Below are positions 16,857-26,179 of a DNA stretch of 64,000 nucleotides, piece after piece. Origin of the DNA: a virus. Every line of letters begins with the position of its first letter. Position 1 is the stretch's first letter. The notes beneath the pieces are model-generated. The model did not search any database, was not told the DNA's origin, and saw nothing but the letters and a program-made list of their open reading frames with translations. The position numbers and the translations under genes are program-made. The stretch lies in IMG/VR virus record IMGVR_UViG_3300045988_111426, one strand, 5' to 3'.

Positions 16857-19800
16857 TTATATTATGGTAAAGCCTGTTTGATTCACCGATCTTCCTTTAA
16901 GGGTGATTCTGTTGATGAACTTCTTGGAAACACCAGTGATAGTGACTTCAACGTCAATAAGAACACCATCGTTGTCGACCAGCCACCCAGGGTTGTTGGT
17001 TCTATCAATGGTTATCTTAAAGCTTTCGATTGCACGATAAGCATCACGAAGAGAACCATAGTAACCATTGAGGATAGTTCTAATCGTTGCTCTCATCGTG
17101 TCATCGTTATAATCATAAACATAAGGATCGATGAGTCGTTTCGTTTCCTCAGTTATGGTTATAAGAAGGTCACGAGCGTGAATGTTGTTGAGTGCAGACG
17201 TAAATCTCTGATAACCAGTTTCGTTACCGTAGATTATCGGAGAGCCGTTCTTGATGATGATTGGGTTGATACCAAACTCGATAAGAGAACGGAAATCGTC
17301 AGATCCAAGACGGAAGTCAACACCCGAAACACCTTCACCAGTTATTGCACCACGGATGATACCTGCAGAAGGCTTGTATTCGTCCGTTGTCCCAAACTTG
17401 CGCATGAAGCAAGATGCAACATAGCTTGCAGGTGGGATAGACGACGTAGAACCATCACTCTCCGTAACTGAAACGTTTGGGAAGAAGAATGCTGAGTGTG
17501 ATGCACCCTGTTCCTCTTCGGGGAGAGAGAACAGCCATTCAGGAGATTCTGCCTTGTTCCCACCTTCGACGATATATCTGACTTCTACCGAAGGAGAAGG
17601 GTTAGTCGAAGTTGGTGATGCCGTGAATCTTGGGTTCTTGTGCTTCTTGAACTCATCGACACGAGGAATGTTGATGATCGCCATGCAGATATCACGCTTC
17701 TTGGCAATTTCTGAAATGTAGCTCTTGCACTTTGGTTCAATACCACCATTGAAAGTATCAACGATATATCGGAACGAGATCGCTTCTGGATCAGAAAGTG
17801 CCTTGCCAATGTTGGTTTCAGAGATCACTGAATAAATCTCACGAATGGACTTGTTTGATCCATCTGGGATAGACTTCGGATTGATCTGGAACCCATCAAG
17901 AGAGAACACCTTGTAGAACTTCGTGAGTTCGTGAACAGAAACCTCTCTGTAGAAGCGACCCTCACCGATTGCACCATCAAGTTCAACAATGAAGAACTTC
18001 TTGCCATTAACGAGTTCCTGCTTGATCGATACCACGTTCTGCACGCTTTCAGAAGTCTTGATCTTGTCCCCGATTTCGATAGGGTTCTTTTCGAACACCT
18101 TCTGCTCGACGACAAACGTCTTCTGGGACTTGATAGACGATAGATCAAGCGAGATCTTCTGAATGTTCTCCATATTGAACGTTGCATCCTTGTAGAATGT
18201 CTTGATCAGTTCAACATCTTGATAGGAGAGCTTGTTTGACTTGTCGGTGACTACATCAAGGACATTCTCGATCTTGTTACCATAGTCGAACTCACCAATC
18301 GTTATCTTCGGTGCAGAATTGAGGAAGAGTGATTCTTCGCTTCCAACAGCGGTGACATAGAACTCATAACAACCAACGCTAACACTATCCGAAATCTCAC
18401 GTGACTTCTGATCGTAATTGATAGCCACCACGTCATCGTTTATGCTTGAACCTTCTGCCCATACACGAGCAGTACCGTTCTCGATAGAACCAATATGAAT
18501 GTCTTCAAGGAACAGCCATTTGTTCTTATCGGTGTCATCTTCAACGTAAATGTTGCCGTCACCATAGACCGAAATCGTTGCACGAAGGTCAGTATCCTTC
18601 ACGTCAGACTGTTCTCTCGTGAGAGTAGCAACATTCGTGTTACCTGTGGCGTTCTTGATAACATCACCAGTCGTCTTGTCATAGGTGTCGAACACGTCGT
18701 GGCGTGCCGTCGTCAGAACTGCGGTGTTTATTTCTGCGAGATTCTTGGTGGTGGGGATGATTTCAACTTTACCACCATCTGCCTTCACTGCATTGAAACC
18801 GATCTTCTTGGCATATGCCACGACATCATCTGCGTTCTTTGCAGGAGATCCATCGATGAAGACCGCATTCTCGTTCTCTACAACCTTGAAAGTTGCCTTC
18901 CCGAGAGGGAACGAGACGATTTCATCGAACACAAGACGAACATCACCTGCTTCAGTGATTTCGAGCTTTGATTCAACTGCGGTGTCGTTAGTGTACTTGT
19001 GGAGAATACCGTCAACACGCTTACGATCTTCAGAATGTGATGAATCGTGCTCTGGTGCGGTGTACTTCCGCTTCACCTTCACATGTGGACGAGTACCCAT
19101 CTTGACAATCTTGAGAAGTTTTGCGTACATTTCGTCTTCCTTGTCGGTGAAGAGGAAAGTCTTATCATCGATCTTTTCAAACTTGGACAGTGAAATCTCG
19201 TCGATGACCATCTCTTCCGAGAACACACGTGGCTCGATTACTGTTCTCTGACCAAACGACTTCGACACGTGAGAAAGCATCTCCAGAGAATCGGCAGGAT
19301 TCTGGATAATTGAAGAACAAACAACATCAATCTGTCGTTCGTGCATGTTGTACTGCTTGTCTTCGATCTGCTCTCTGTCAATTGCACAAACAACACCGTG
19401 AGAAATCGTCGACGAGTTGATCATCTGCTCAATGTAGAGATTTTCACCATTCTTCGTTCTGAAGTCTGGGATCAGTGACCCAACGGTTCTGAACTTGATG
19501 GCGATATCTTGACGACGCAGGAAATCTTCAAGCTTGTCTGCCTGCAGAAGACCTCCTTCAAACAGTCCCTTGAATCTAACATCAAAATCAGAAATCTGAG
19601 AATAATCACCAACAATGGCGATAACTTCGATGATGTAGTCGTTGACTGATGTCTCGGGGTCAAGGTACGCTGGAACATTACCATCATACCATTCCTTGAG
19701 CTTCATATCATAACCTCGAAGTTCTGCCTTCTTGATAATGAATGAGAGTTTTTGCTGTGAAAGGTTTACAAGATTAAAAATTGACTTATCACGTCTATTT

Positions 19801-20282
19801 GCGAGAACATTCTCTGCAGAAGGAATAAACCAGTCATCCTTCTTGAAGAATGAAGAATACAACTTCGTCGTCTTGCCGATGTTCTTGATCTGTGGTTCAG
19901 TGGATAGCGAGAGGAAATCGACCTTGTCTGCATCTTCTGCAGGAGTACCATCTTCCTTCAGCGTATCATTGAACTTCACGAGATTAAGCGCAATGACTGG
20001 TGTATTCTTGAGAAGTACTTCTATTGATTTGTGGAAGAATGATCCTTTCCTTTCAAGCGACTTATCACGTGCGCCATACAGATTTCTCAAAGTCTCCACA
20101 TCACCTGCTTCGATAAGGAATGGTCTATTGAACCATCCAACTTTTGAAAAACCTGGTACAAGGACAGAGATTCTACCAGGTGCGTTGTATGACGTTACCG
20201 ATTCATCAGAAATCATGGTAAAGACACCAGCACCTTTGAACTTTGTCTTCAAATCAGAAAGACTAACAGTTGCTCTTGCCAT
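16857..20282 (-). CDS. tail sheath protein (T4 gp18-like), expanded to 1141 aa
   Basis: The C-terminal region IPPASYVASCFMRKFGTTDEYKPSAGIIRGAI...FGINPIIIKNGSPIIYGNETGYQRFTSALNNIHARDLLITI aligns with remembered gp18 VPLAADIAGLCARTD...SPAGYNRGQI...EAINPVTGTGGDGYVLYGDKTATSVPSPFDRINVRRLFNML. Confidence 0.85.
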   Translation of the reverse strand: MARATVSLSDLKTKFKGAGVFTMISDESVTSYNAPGRISVLVPGFSKVGWFNRPFLIEAGDVETLRNLYGARDKSLERKGSFFHKSIEVLLKNTPVIALNLVKFNDTLKEDGTPAEDADKVDFLSLSTEPQIKNIGKTTKLYSSFFKKDDWFIPSAENVLANRRDKSIFNLVNLSQQKLSFIIKKAELRGYDMKLKEWYDGNVPAYLDPETSVNDYIIEVIAIVGDYSQISDFDVRFKGLFEGGLLQADKLEDFLRRQDIAIKFRTVGSLIPDFRTKNGENLYIEQMINSSTISHGVVCAIDREQIEDKQYNMHERQIDVVCSSIIQNPADSLEMLSHVSKSFGQRTVIEPRVFSEEMVIDEISLSKFEKIDDKTFLFTDKEDEMYAKLLKIVKMGTRPHVKVKRKYTAPEHDSSHSEDRKRVDGILHKYTNDTAVESKLEITEAGDVRLVFDEIVSFPLGKATFKVVENENAVFIDGSPAKNADDVVAYAKKIGFNAVKADGGKVEIIPTTKNLAEINTAVLTTARHDVFDTYDKTTGDVIKNATGNTNVATLTREQSDVKDTDLRATISVYGDGNIYVEDDTDKNKWLFLEDIHIGSIENGTARVWAEGSSINDDVVAINYDQKSREISDSVSVGCYEFYVTAVGSEESLFLNSAPKITIGEFDYGNKIENVLDVVTDKSNKLSYQDVELIKTFYKDATFNMENIQKISLDLSSIKSQKTFVVEQKVFEKNPIEIGDKIKTSESVQNVVSIKQELVNGKKFFIVELDGAIGEGRFYREVSVHELTKFYKVFSLDGFQINPKSIPDGSNKSIREIYSVISETNIGKALSDPEAISFRYIVDTFNGGIEPKCKSYISEIAKKRDICMAIINIPRVDEFKKHKNPRFTASPTSTNPSPSVEVRYIVEGGNKAESPEWLFSLPEEEQGASHSAFFFPNVSVTESDGSTSSIPPASYVASCFMRKFGTTDEYKPSAGIIRGAITGEGVSGVDFRLGSDDFRSLIEFGINPIIIKNGSPIIYGNETGYQRFTSALNNIHARDLLITITEETKRLIDPYVYDYNDDTMRATIRTILNGYYGSLRDAYRAIESFKITIDRTNNPGWLVDNDGVLIDVEVTITGVSKKFINRITLKGRSVNQTGFTII

Positions 20283-20306
20283 ATGTTTTTAATTATCGTT
20301 TCTATT

Positions 20307-20325
20307 TATATTTCGTTATTTAACC
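20307..20325 (-). promoter_or_regulatory. late-type box (GGTTAAATAACGAAATATA)
   Basis: 24 nt upstream of the sheath ATG 20282. An exact TATAAATA follows it. Confidence 0.55.
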
Positions 20326-20347
20326 ACTTTGTAGGCGGAAAAACGGA

Positions 20348-20387
20348 AGAGCCGATGATCTTTCTATCAATCAAGATCATCGGCTCT
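20348..20387 (-). terminator. terminator upstream of the sheath late box
   Basis: AGAGCCGATGATCT / AGATCATCGGCTCT 14-bp stem. An A5 run lies nearby on the plus side. Confidence 0.6.
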
Positions 20388-20411
20388 CACCTGCTTTGTG
20401 TTTCCAATTTT

Positions 20412-20672
20412 TCAATCGTTTACAACATTGTCATTGTTTATTTCCATGTTCCTCACAACAGTGTCCATCGCCACTGTCGAATCTGTATTCTGAACGTATA
20501 TCGTATCAACCAGAGTTATCGTGTCTTGTCCGCTTCTACTATCGTAAAAAGTTATGGATTTGGAAGATAAGAATGACATCACTGAAACTATCATAAACGT
20601 TATAAAGCAACTACACATGACGAACATTGTTGCATTGATAACTATCTGTCTAAACCAACGATTCCCTATCAT
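20412..20672 (-). CDS. small membrane protein (hypothetical)
   Basis: 86-aa ORF with a hydrophobic helix (MFVMCSCFITFMIVSVMSFL). It ends 25 nt before hairpin 20348..20387, between the tape-measure and sheath genes. Confidence 0.4.
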   Translation of the reverse strand: MIGNRWFRQIVINATMFVMCSCFITFMIVSVMSFLSSKSITFYDSRSGQDTITLVDTIYVQNTDSTVAMDTVVRNMEINNDNVVND

Positions 20673-20718
20673 TATTATTCTCGTGTTTTTGATTTATGTA
20701 CTTTTCGAGTTTTTCCGT

Positions 20719-20793
20719 GGTACTTTCCTTGCACTCGAAGACATCTTCTGTTGTTTTCATACCTTTGAGCATCTTCGACTGCAAGGAAAGTAC
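20719..20793 (+). promoter_or_regulatory. cassette E5
   Basis: TTG 20729-20731, N20, TGTTTTCA 20752-20759, N21, GCAAGGAAAGTAC. The arms extend through CTCGAAG/CTTCGA. Confidence 0.55.
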
Positions 20794-20816
20794 TCTTCTT
20801 GTATCAAGAGGGCACT

Positions 20817-23800
20817 TTAGCCAATCTTGCCATTCACTCTCACCTTAGCATTACCATCCATAAACAGATCCTTAAGGTCAGAAAGTATCGATGCGACTGC
20901 GTTCTGTTGGACAGCACCATCCGAGTTTCTATAACCAAGAGCATCAAGGATCATACCCATCGACTGGATGATCTTATCAATCTGTCGAGTTCGGAGCTGT
21001 TCTGGAGTTTCCCCTGCTTTTCTATCGACCTTCATTGTTTCCTTGTTCGATTTCTCGATCTTGAAACCAGTGGATGATTGGTAACTTGCGAAAGATCCTC
21101 CCGAAGGCTTTGAAAGTGAAGGGAATGAGTATGCGGATCTCGATCTGTTCTGTTCGAACGAGTTCGCCTTGTCAATCACAGATTCTATCGACTTCCAATC
21201 TGCAGAGACATCCTTCATATCTTTACCGAACTTCGTGAGTATCTTCGTGAACTCAGAGAATGGCTTGATGAACTTCGAGAATGTGTCAACTTTGTGGGGC
21301 GTGAGGAACGAGAATCCTTCGTTGATCATCTGTAGTGTCTTCTTGAGTGTAGCACCCATTCTGAGTGACGAGATATCGGCATCTTTAATCGATGAGTAGT
21401 TTTTAATCGTGTTTACAAGCATATTCAACGGTTCATTGAACATCTTCACTGCATCAACACCCTTTTGAAGATCACTATCTGCTATCCCAAAGATTCCAGT
21501 TCCCTTATCGGCATCTTCTGCAAGAGACATGAACACTTGAGGTATCGTGGTAAGTATCCCTTCGATATTCTTCTGTATTGCCGTCCTCTCTTCATCCGAG
21601 ATCTTCGTTGTCTTCCACTTCACGACACCATCATAAAGAGGGATGAGTGCTTCGCCTATCCCCTTGACGTAGTCGATCCCTCTCTGGACTGTGGTCTTAA
21701 GGATCATCCCCATGAAACCAGTAGGAATCACATCCTTGTCCTGCTCACCGAATTGTGAGACAAGAGCAGGAAGAACACCCATGATTGTTTGGAGATTTGA
21801 AGTTATTCTTTCAACATCTGCCGACGTGAGTTTTGCGTCTCTCCATTTTCGGACACCATCTGCGAGACTGTTTATTGCATTGCCGAGGTCGCCTGTATAT
21901 TCAAGTCCTCGTTCAACTGATGACTTTTGGAACAATCCAAGGAAACCTGCGTTTATAACCTCATCCTTGTCAATCGCACCGAAGTCCGCAATCTTTCGGG
22001 GGAGAACACCAAGGATTGTTCTTATGTTCGTGTCGATCTGTTCCACATCAGAAGAAGAGAGCTTCATCTCTGCCCATTTCTTCACACCATCTGCAAGATC
22101 TCCAAGAGAATCCCCGAGTTTGGCGGTAAATCTTAGACCATTACGAACTTCACGAAGTGAGAAAGTCTGGCCATTGAGATATTCGAACTTTCTCTTCTCT
22201 TCTACATCTTTCTCTGACTTTCTGAGAATCCCCCAAAGATTCCACATGTCGTCGTCATCATCAAAAAATCTCCCCATTGGAGCGATCGATGCAGGGATGA
22301 TCCCAAGAATCGACTTGATATTATCCGCAATCTTCTGCCCATCCCCCTCGTCGATCTTCATCTCTGTCCACTTTCGGACACCATCTGCAAGATCGATCAT
22401 TGCCGAAGACATTCTACTTGCAGAGGTGATCGAACCTTGGATCTTGAACCAGTTCGTGTCGATGTCGTACATCTTCTTGATTGCATCGGGAGAAGTTGCA
22501 ATGATCACCGAGTGCATGATGTTCTTGAACATCTCCCCAATGTTGCGAGAAATGTCGATGAGCTTCGAAGTGTCTCCAAGCGAGGAGAACTTGACCATTG
22601 ATGTGGAGAATGTGTCGACGATACTTGCAACATCTCTCAAAGATCCAAGTCGGAAAGTGTCAAGGAAAGAAAGTTCAGAAAGTGCGTCGGAAGCTCCCTT
22701 CGCAAGAATCGTCATCGACTTTGAGAAGTTGGAGACATCATCGACTTGAACTTTGGATTTGCTTATACCTTCGAAGACCTTCGTAAATGGAAGAAGTGAT
22801 GCACCAACTGCACCAAGAGCGACAGATCCAAGAAGAATAAGAGGTGAAGCAATTCCGAACATGCTCATAGGAACAACAAGTTCCTTGATAAACTCTGGGA
22901 GGTGCTTTATCAGTGCATCACCGCTCTTTTCCATTGCTTCTCCGACCATCTTCAACGGAAGGGCAAAGGTGAGCAATGAAAGTCCAACGAGTGCCATAGC
23001 ACCTGCACCAAGAGCGATATAACCGAAGAACATACCTGCAACACCCCAAATTGTGGCAAGACCAGACGCAAGTCCCATGAAGATCAGTGCACCCTTCCAA
23101 CTCTTCATTGCAACCATAGATGAGAAAGCAATCGATGCACTGACAAGATAAACTGACAAGGACATCAGTGACATTGCAAGAGCACCTTTCGATATTGTCA
23201 CCCAAGATTTACCGATGAAGTGATAAACGACGGCAAGTGCCGAAAGTGATAAGGCAAGAATACCAACATTTACAAAGTCAATCCCTACCTGTGACACACC
23301 ATAAAGAGAAAGTGCACCAAGGACAAGGGAAGCGGACATGAAAGCGATTGCCTTTGCGCCAGAGACTATTCGTCTCGAGTTTCGAGAATTACCAAAGTAC
23401 ATGAACAATCTCGACATTCCGTACATTGTAGCACTGGTGATTGCCAGACCCCATACGAGCTGTCGAACATCGATCTGTCGCATTATGAGCGTCGTAAGTG
23501 CCATTGAACCTGCAAATGCGAGAACGGAAAGTCCCATCTTTGCAATCCCGACTGCACCTCGATTTAGTCCTTCTGCATTGTTCGCTATGAATTGTAGCTC
23601 TTTCCTCAAGAACTTGACGACAAACTTAAAGATCGTCATACCTGGTACAGCAAGAACAAGAAGCGGTGATGCAATGAAGATTCTCCACGCAAACTTACGG
23701 ATCCCAGTACCAATGCTCGAGAGCATGTCCCCAGTTGCCTTCATTTTCGAAGCATCACCATTCTTCATCACCTCCGAGAAGCTCTTGACAAATTCTCCAA

Positions 23801-24659
23801 GCGAGTTCATTATTCTTTGGATTCTTCTCTGTGAAGGCATCTTCGACTTTGACAGAGAATCCATGAAAGGTTTGAGGTGAACAGAGAAGACGGACATCGA
23901 TTCAGCAATCGCTTTTGTGTTTTCAATAGAAACATCCTTAAGGTCTTGCATGTTGAAGATCGATATCGCTTTCTTGATTGCTCTTATCTTTCTATCGGTA
24001 ATATTTCTCGAATCTATCTCCGCAACGCCACGAGTATAATCGACAACAAACATTGATGCTTTCGAGAAAGTGTCCAAAGACTGCTTGTCGAGTTTTTCAA
24101 CGGCATCTTTGATACCCTTCATCAGAACACTTATCGACTTATTGAATGTCGCTATATTCTTGACGTATCTCTTGTTTACACTTGTGTTGATAGAAGATAC
24201 GAAAAGGTTGATTGATTGGCTTATCTGATCAAGCGTTCTCATATCTGCACCAAGCTGTGCACCACCAACTGGGGGTGTTGCCGATATCTCTGCTTTCTGC
24301 TTTGCGATCAGTTGTATTCCCTTGTCTATGGAGAACATCGTATCCATGAACAAATGACCATTCAGTCCGAACACTTTGTCCATGAGAATAGCTTGTTGTT
24401 CAATATAGAACGAAATGGTCGCCATATCGGACATTGACGTAGGAGAAGTGATGGAAGCCATCTGAGGTACAGATTCCGAAAGCTTCTTCTCTTCTTCGAG
24501 TTTTTCCTTGTAAAGTTTTGCGACCTCTTCAAGATTCGTTGATATGCTTTGGACACCATCGAAGATACCGTTAATTTTCGAAGATGAGTTTCTCTGCAAA
24601 TCTAACGATTCACCGAAGATGTCGTAGAGTATGTTAAATTGTTCAATGTCCATATACAA
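20817..24659 (-). CDS. tail tape-measure protein with central multi-pass membrane region and four C-terminal repeats
   Basis: 1280 aa. The ends are helical. A run of hydrophobic helices lies at about aa 320-625. A ~50-aa unit occurs four times: LADGV(R/K)KW(T/A/R)(E/D)(M/A)K(I/L)...(I/L)LG(I/V)(I/L)P. Confidence 0.7.
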   Translation of the reverse strand: MYMDIEQFNILYDIFGESLDLQRNSSSKINGIFDGVQSISTNLEEVAKLYKEKLEEEKKLSESVPQMASITSPTSMSDMATISFYIEQQAILMDKVFGLNGHLFMDTMFSIDKGIQLIAKQKAEISATPPVGGAQLGADMRTLDQISQSINLFVSSINTSVNKRYVKNIATFNKSISVLMKGIKDAVEKLDKQSLDTFSKASMFVVDYTRGVAEIDSRNITDRKIRAIKKAISIFNMQDLKDVSIENTKAIAESMSVFSVHLKPFMDSLSKSKMPSQRRIQRIMNSLGEFVKSFSEVMKNGDASKMKATGDMLSSIGTGIRKFAWRIFIASPLLVLAVPGMTIFKFVVKFLRKELQFIANNAEGLNRGAVGIAKMGLSVLAFAGSMALTTLIMRQIDVRQLVWGLAITSATMYGMSRLFMYFGNSRNSRRIVSGAKAIAFMSASLVLGALSLYGVSQVGIDFVNVGILALSLSALAVVYHFIGKSWVTISKGALAMSLMSLSVYLVSASIAFSSMVAMKSWKGALIFMGLASGLATIWGVAGMFFGYIALGAGAMALVGLSLLTFALPLKMVGEAMEKSGDALIKHLPEFIKELVVPMSMFGIASPLILLGSVALGAVGASLLPFTKVFEGISKSKVQVDDVSNFSKSMTILAKGASDALSELSFLDTFRLGSLRDVASIVDTFSTSMVKFSSLGDTSKLIDISRNIGEMFKNIMHSVIIATSPDAIKKMYDIDTNWFKIQGSITSASRMSSAMIDLADGVRKWTEMKIDEGDGQKIADNIKSILGIIPASIAPMGRFFDDDDDMWNLWGILRKSEKDVEEKRKFEYLNGQTFSLREVRNGLRFTAKLGDSLGDLADGVKKWAEMKLSSSDVEQIDTNIRTILGVLPRKIADFGAIDKDEVINAGFLGLFQKSSVERGLEYTGDLGNAINSLADGVRKWRDAKLTSADVERITSNLQTIMGVLPALVSQFGEQDKDVIPTGFMGMILKTTVQRGIDYVKGIGEALIPLYDGVVKWKTTKISDEERTAIQKNIEGILTTIPQVFMSLAEDADKGTGIFGIADSDLQKGVDAVKMFNEPLNMLVNTIKNYSSIKDADISSLRMGATLKKTLQMINEGFSFLTPHKVDTFSKFIKPFSEFTKILTKFGKDMKDVSADWKSIESVIDKANSFEQNRSRSAYSFPSLSKPSGGSFASYQSSTGFKIEKSNKETMKVDRKAGETPEQLRTRQIDKIIQSMGMILDALGYRNSDGAVQQNAVASILSDLKDLFMDGNAKVRVNGKIG

Positions 24660-24660
24660 A

Positions 24661-24717
24661 ATAGCCCCCTTGCGAGTCGGTAGAGATTCGACTTATTTAC
24701 CGATTCGAGGGGGCTAT
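24661..24717 (-). terminator. GC-rich hairpin whose 39-nt loop contains a late-type box
   Basis: ATAGCCCCC (24661-24669) / GGGGGCTAT (24709-24717). Confidence 0.45.
24687..24701 (-). promoter_or_regulatory. late-type box (GGTAAATAAGTCGA) inside the loop of hairpin 24661..24717
   Basis: Upstream of the tape-measure ATG 24659. Confidence 0.45.
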
Positions 24718-24728
24718 TCGAGGGATTT

Positions 24729-25136
24729 TTACATGTTCCTCTCGTACACTTTCAACTCATCATTTAGAGCATCGGGGAACATTTTGAATAGCATATCGAA
24801 GTCACGTCTGTCAAGTTCGTTATGCTTCATATAAAAATTGATAACTTCCGCATCGACTGTGATCTTCTTCTCTTTTTCTTTCTCGAGTTTCTTAGTCTTT
24901 GTGAAGAGGAATTGTGGCTTTGATTTGTACCTCCTTTTCATCACTTCTCTCCAAAAGTCTACCACACGAGCATAGTTGATCTGCTCAAGGTTCATTCTGG
25001 AAGTTTCATCAATGTACATGATCGACATGAATCTCTGAATCATAAAGTAGTGCGACCTTTTATCAGATTCAGAAATCTTCTCCCATTTTCCATCATCCCA
25101 CATCGAATCGATGAGATCAAACAGCTTTATTGCCAT
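24729..25136 (-). CDS. hypothetical protein; faint resemblance to T4 gp62 clamp-loader small subunit
   Basis: 135 aa. KRSHYFMIQRFMS recalls the sKFMvnraLS block of gp62, and the gene sits in a replication/repair context. Weak. Confidence 0.25.
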   Translation of the reverse strand: MAIKLFDLIDSMWDDGKWEKISESDKRSHYFMIQRFMSIMYIDETSRMNLEQINYARVVDFWREVMKRRYKSKPQFLFTKTKKLEKEKEKKITVDAEVINFYMKHNELDRRDFDMLFKMFPDALNDELKVYERNM

Positions 25137-26179
25137 ATGTCTTGAGAATCTATAAACTGATCAAACGTTCTATTGTTCTGTGTCTTCGTTAGCTCTCCTA
25201 TAACGTACAACTCGAGTGCATCATAGTAAGCGTCGTTATAACTCTTATATGAGAGTTCGACATATCTGCGATTGATGCCGATATTCTCGGAGATCTTCTC
25301 GGAATCAGCATAATCTGGGGACTTCTGCACCTCGTCGATTATGTGCTTTGGGAGATCTGCATCTTCGAAAACATCTTCAACGGTCATCTCACCATTTACC
25401 ACCTTCTCTTCATAATACTTCTCGAAGACTTTCGATGCACGGAGGTCAGTGAACGATACTTCAGATTTTCCCTTGAGATATTTGTAAACGGAAGGGATGT
25501 TGTCGGATTTATCCCCAGACAAGACCTTTACGAACAGTGCCTTCTCGGGGATGATCTTCTCGGATCTCTGTTCAATGATCGTTCTGTTACTATCTTCGAT
25601 CACGTTTTCAGAAATCCCTAAGAAGTCATCAAGCGTGGAGATTTCCTTCTTCTTTGTCCTCTGATCAATGTAGTGCATCATCTTCGACGAATCCATGTTG
25701 AACATTGCAATGAAGCTCGTTCCATTGAACTTCACGAGTTGTTTCATATCGGAATCCGCTGTACAGATGATCACTGATTCATCAGACTTGTAGATCAGAT
25801 TCGATGAAACATAGATGAGATCATCACCTTCTGCATGAGGATAGGAGAGAACACAATAGCCGTTATCTACGAGGAATCGTTTGAACTCTGAGATGAACTT
25901 GGAGAATCCTTGACGATCGAATCTTGGTGTTGATGTCTTTCGATTTGCCTTGTAATCATCGCCACGATCAAGCTCGTATCGCCACGACTTCTCCGTAGAA
26001 TCAAAGCAGAATACAAAGTTTGTCACCCTGCTGTACTTCTTGATGACGAAGTTTATCGATTGTAAGACAGCTTGACGGAGATCATCTCTGTCCTCTTGTG
26101 TAGACAAGAAAATCTCTGATGGGGATATTGCGAACGCTGTCCTATTCGCAATATAGTTCATATCAAAAACTATCTGCAT
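25127..26179 (-). CDS. 5'-3' exonuclease / flap endonuclease (T4 RNase H-like)
   Basis: DYKANRK, AEGDDLI, TADSDMKQL and LSGDKSDNIPSV match the FEN/PIN plus H3TH signatures (YKanR, GDxSDNIPgV). Confidence 0.8.
   Translation of the reverse strand: MQIVFDMNYIANRTAFAISPSEIFLSTQEDRDDLRQAVLQSINFVIKKYSRVTNFVFCFDSTEKSWRYELDRGDDYKANRKTSTPRFDRQGFSKFISEFKRFLVDNGYCVLSYPHAEGDDLIYVSSNLIYKSDESVIICTADSDMKQLVKFNGTSFIAMFNMDSSKMMHYIDQRTKKKEISTLDDFLGISENVIEDSNRTIIEQRSEKIIPEKALFVKVLSGDKSDNIPSVYKYLKGKSEVSFTDLRASKVFEKYYEEKVVNGEMTVEDVFEDADLPKHIIDEVQKSPDYADSEKISENIGINRRYVELSYKSYNDAYYDALELYVIGELTKTQNNRTFDQFIDSQDIWQ

Noticed and set aside
21691-22749. 352-aa plus-strand ORF. The same applies to many other plus-strand ORFs such as 16722..17471, 18685..19251, 19732..20292, 35391..36239, 38796..39332, 53908..54585 and 23338..23880.
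   Set aside because: All lie antisense within long, motif-supported minus-strand genes. They have low-complexity S/R/P/F-rich or hydrophobic translations and no start-context motifs. They are typical shadow ORFs of AT-rich genomes.
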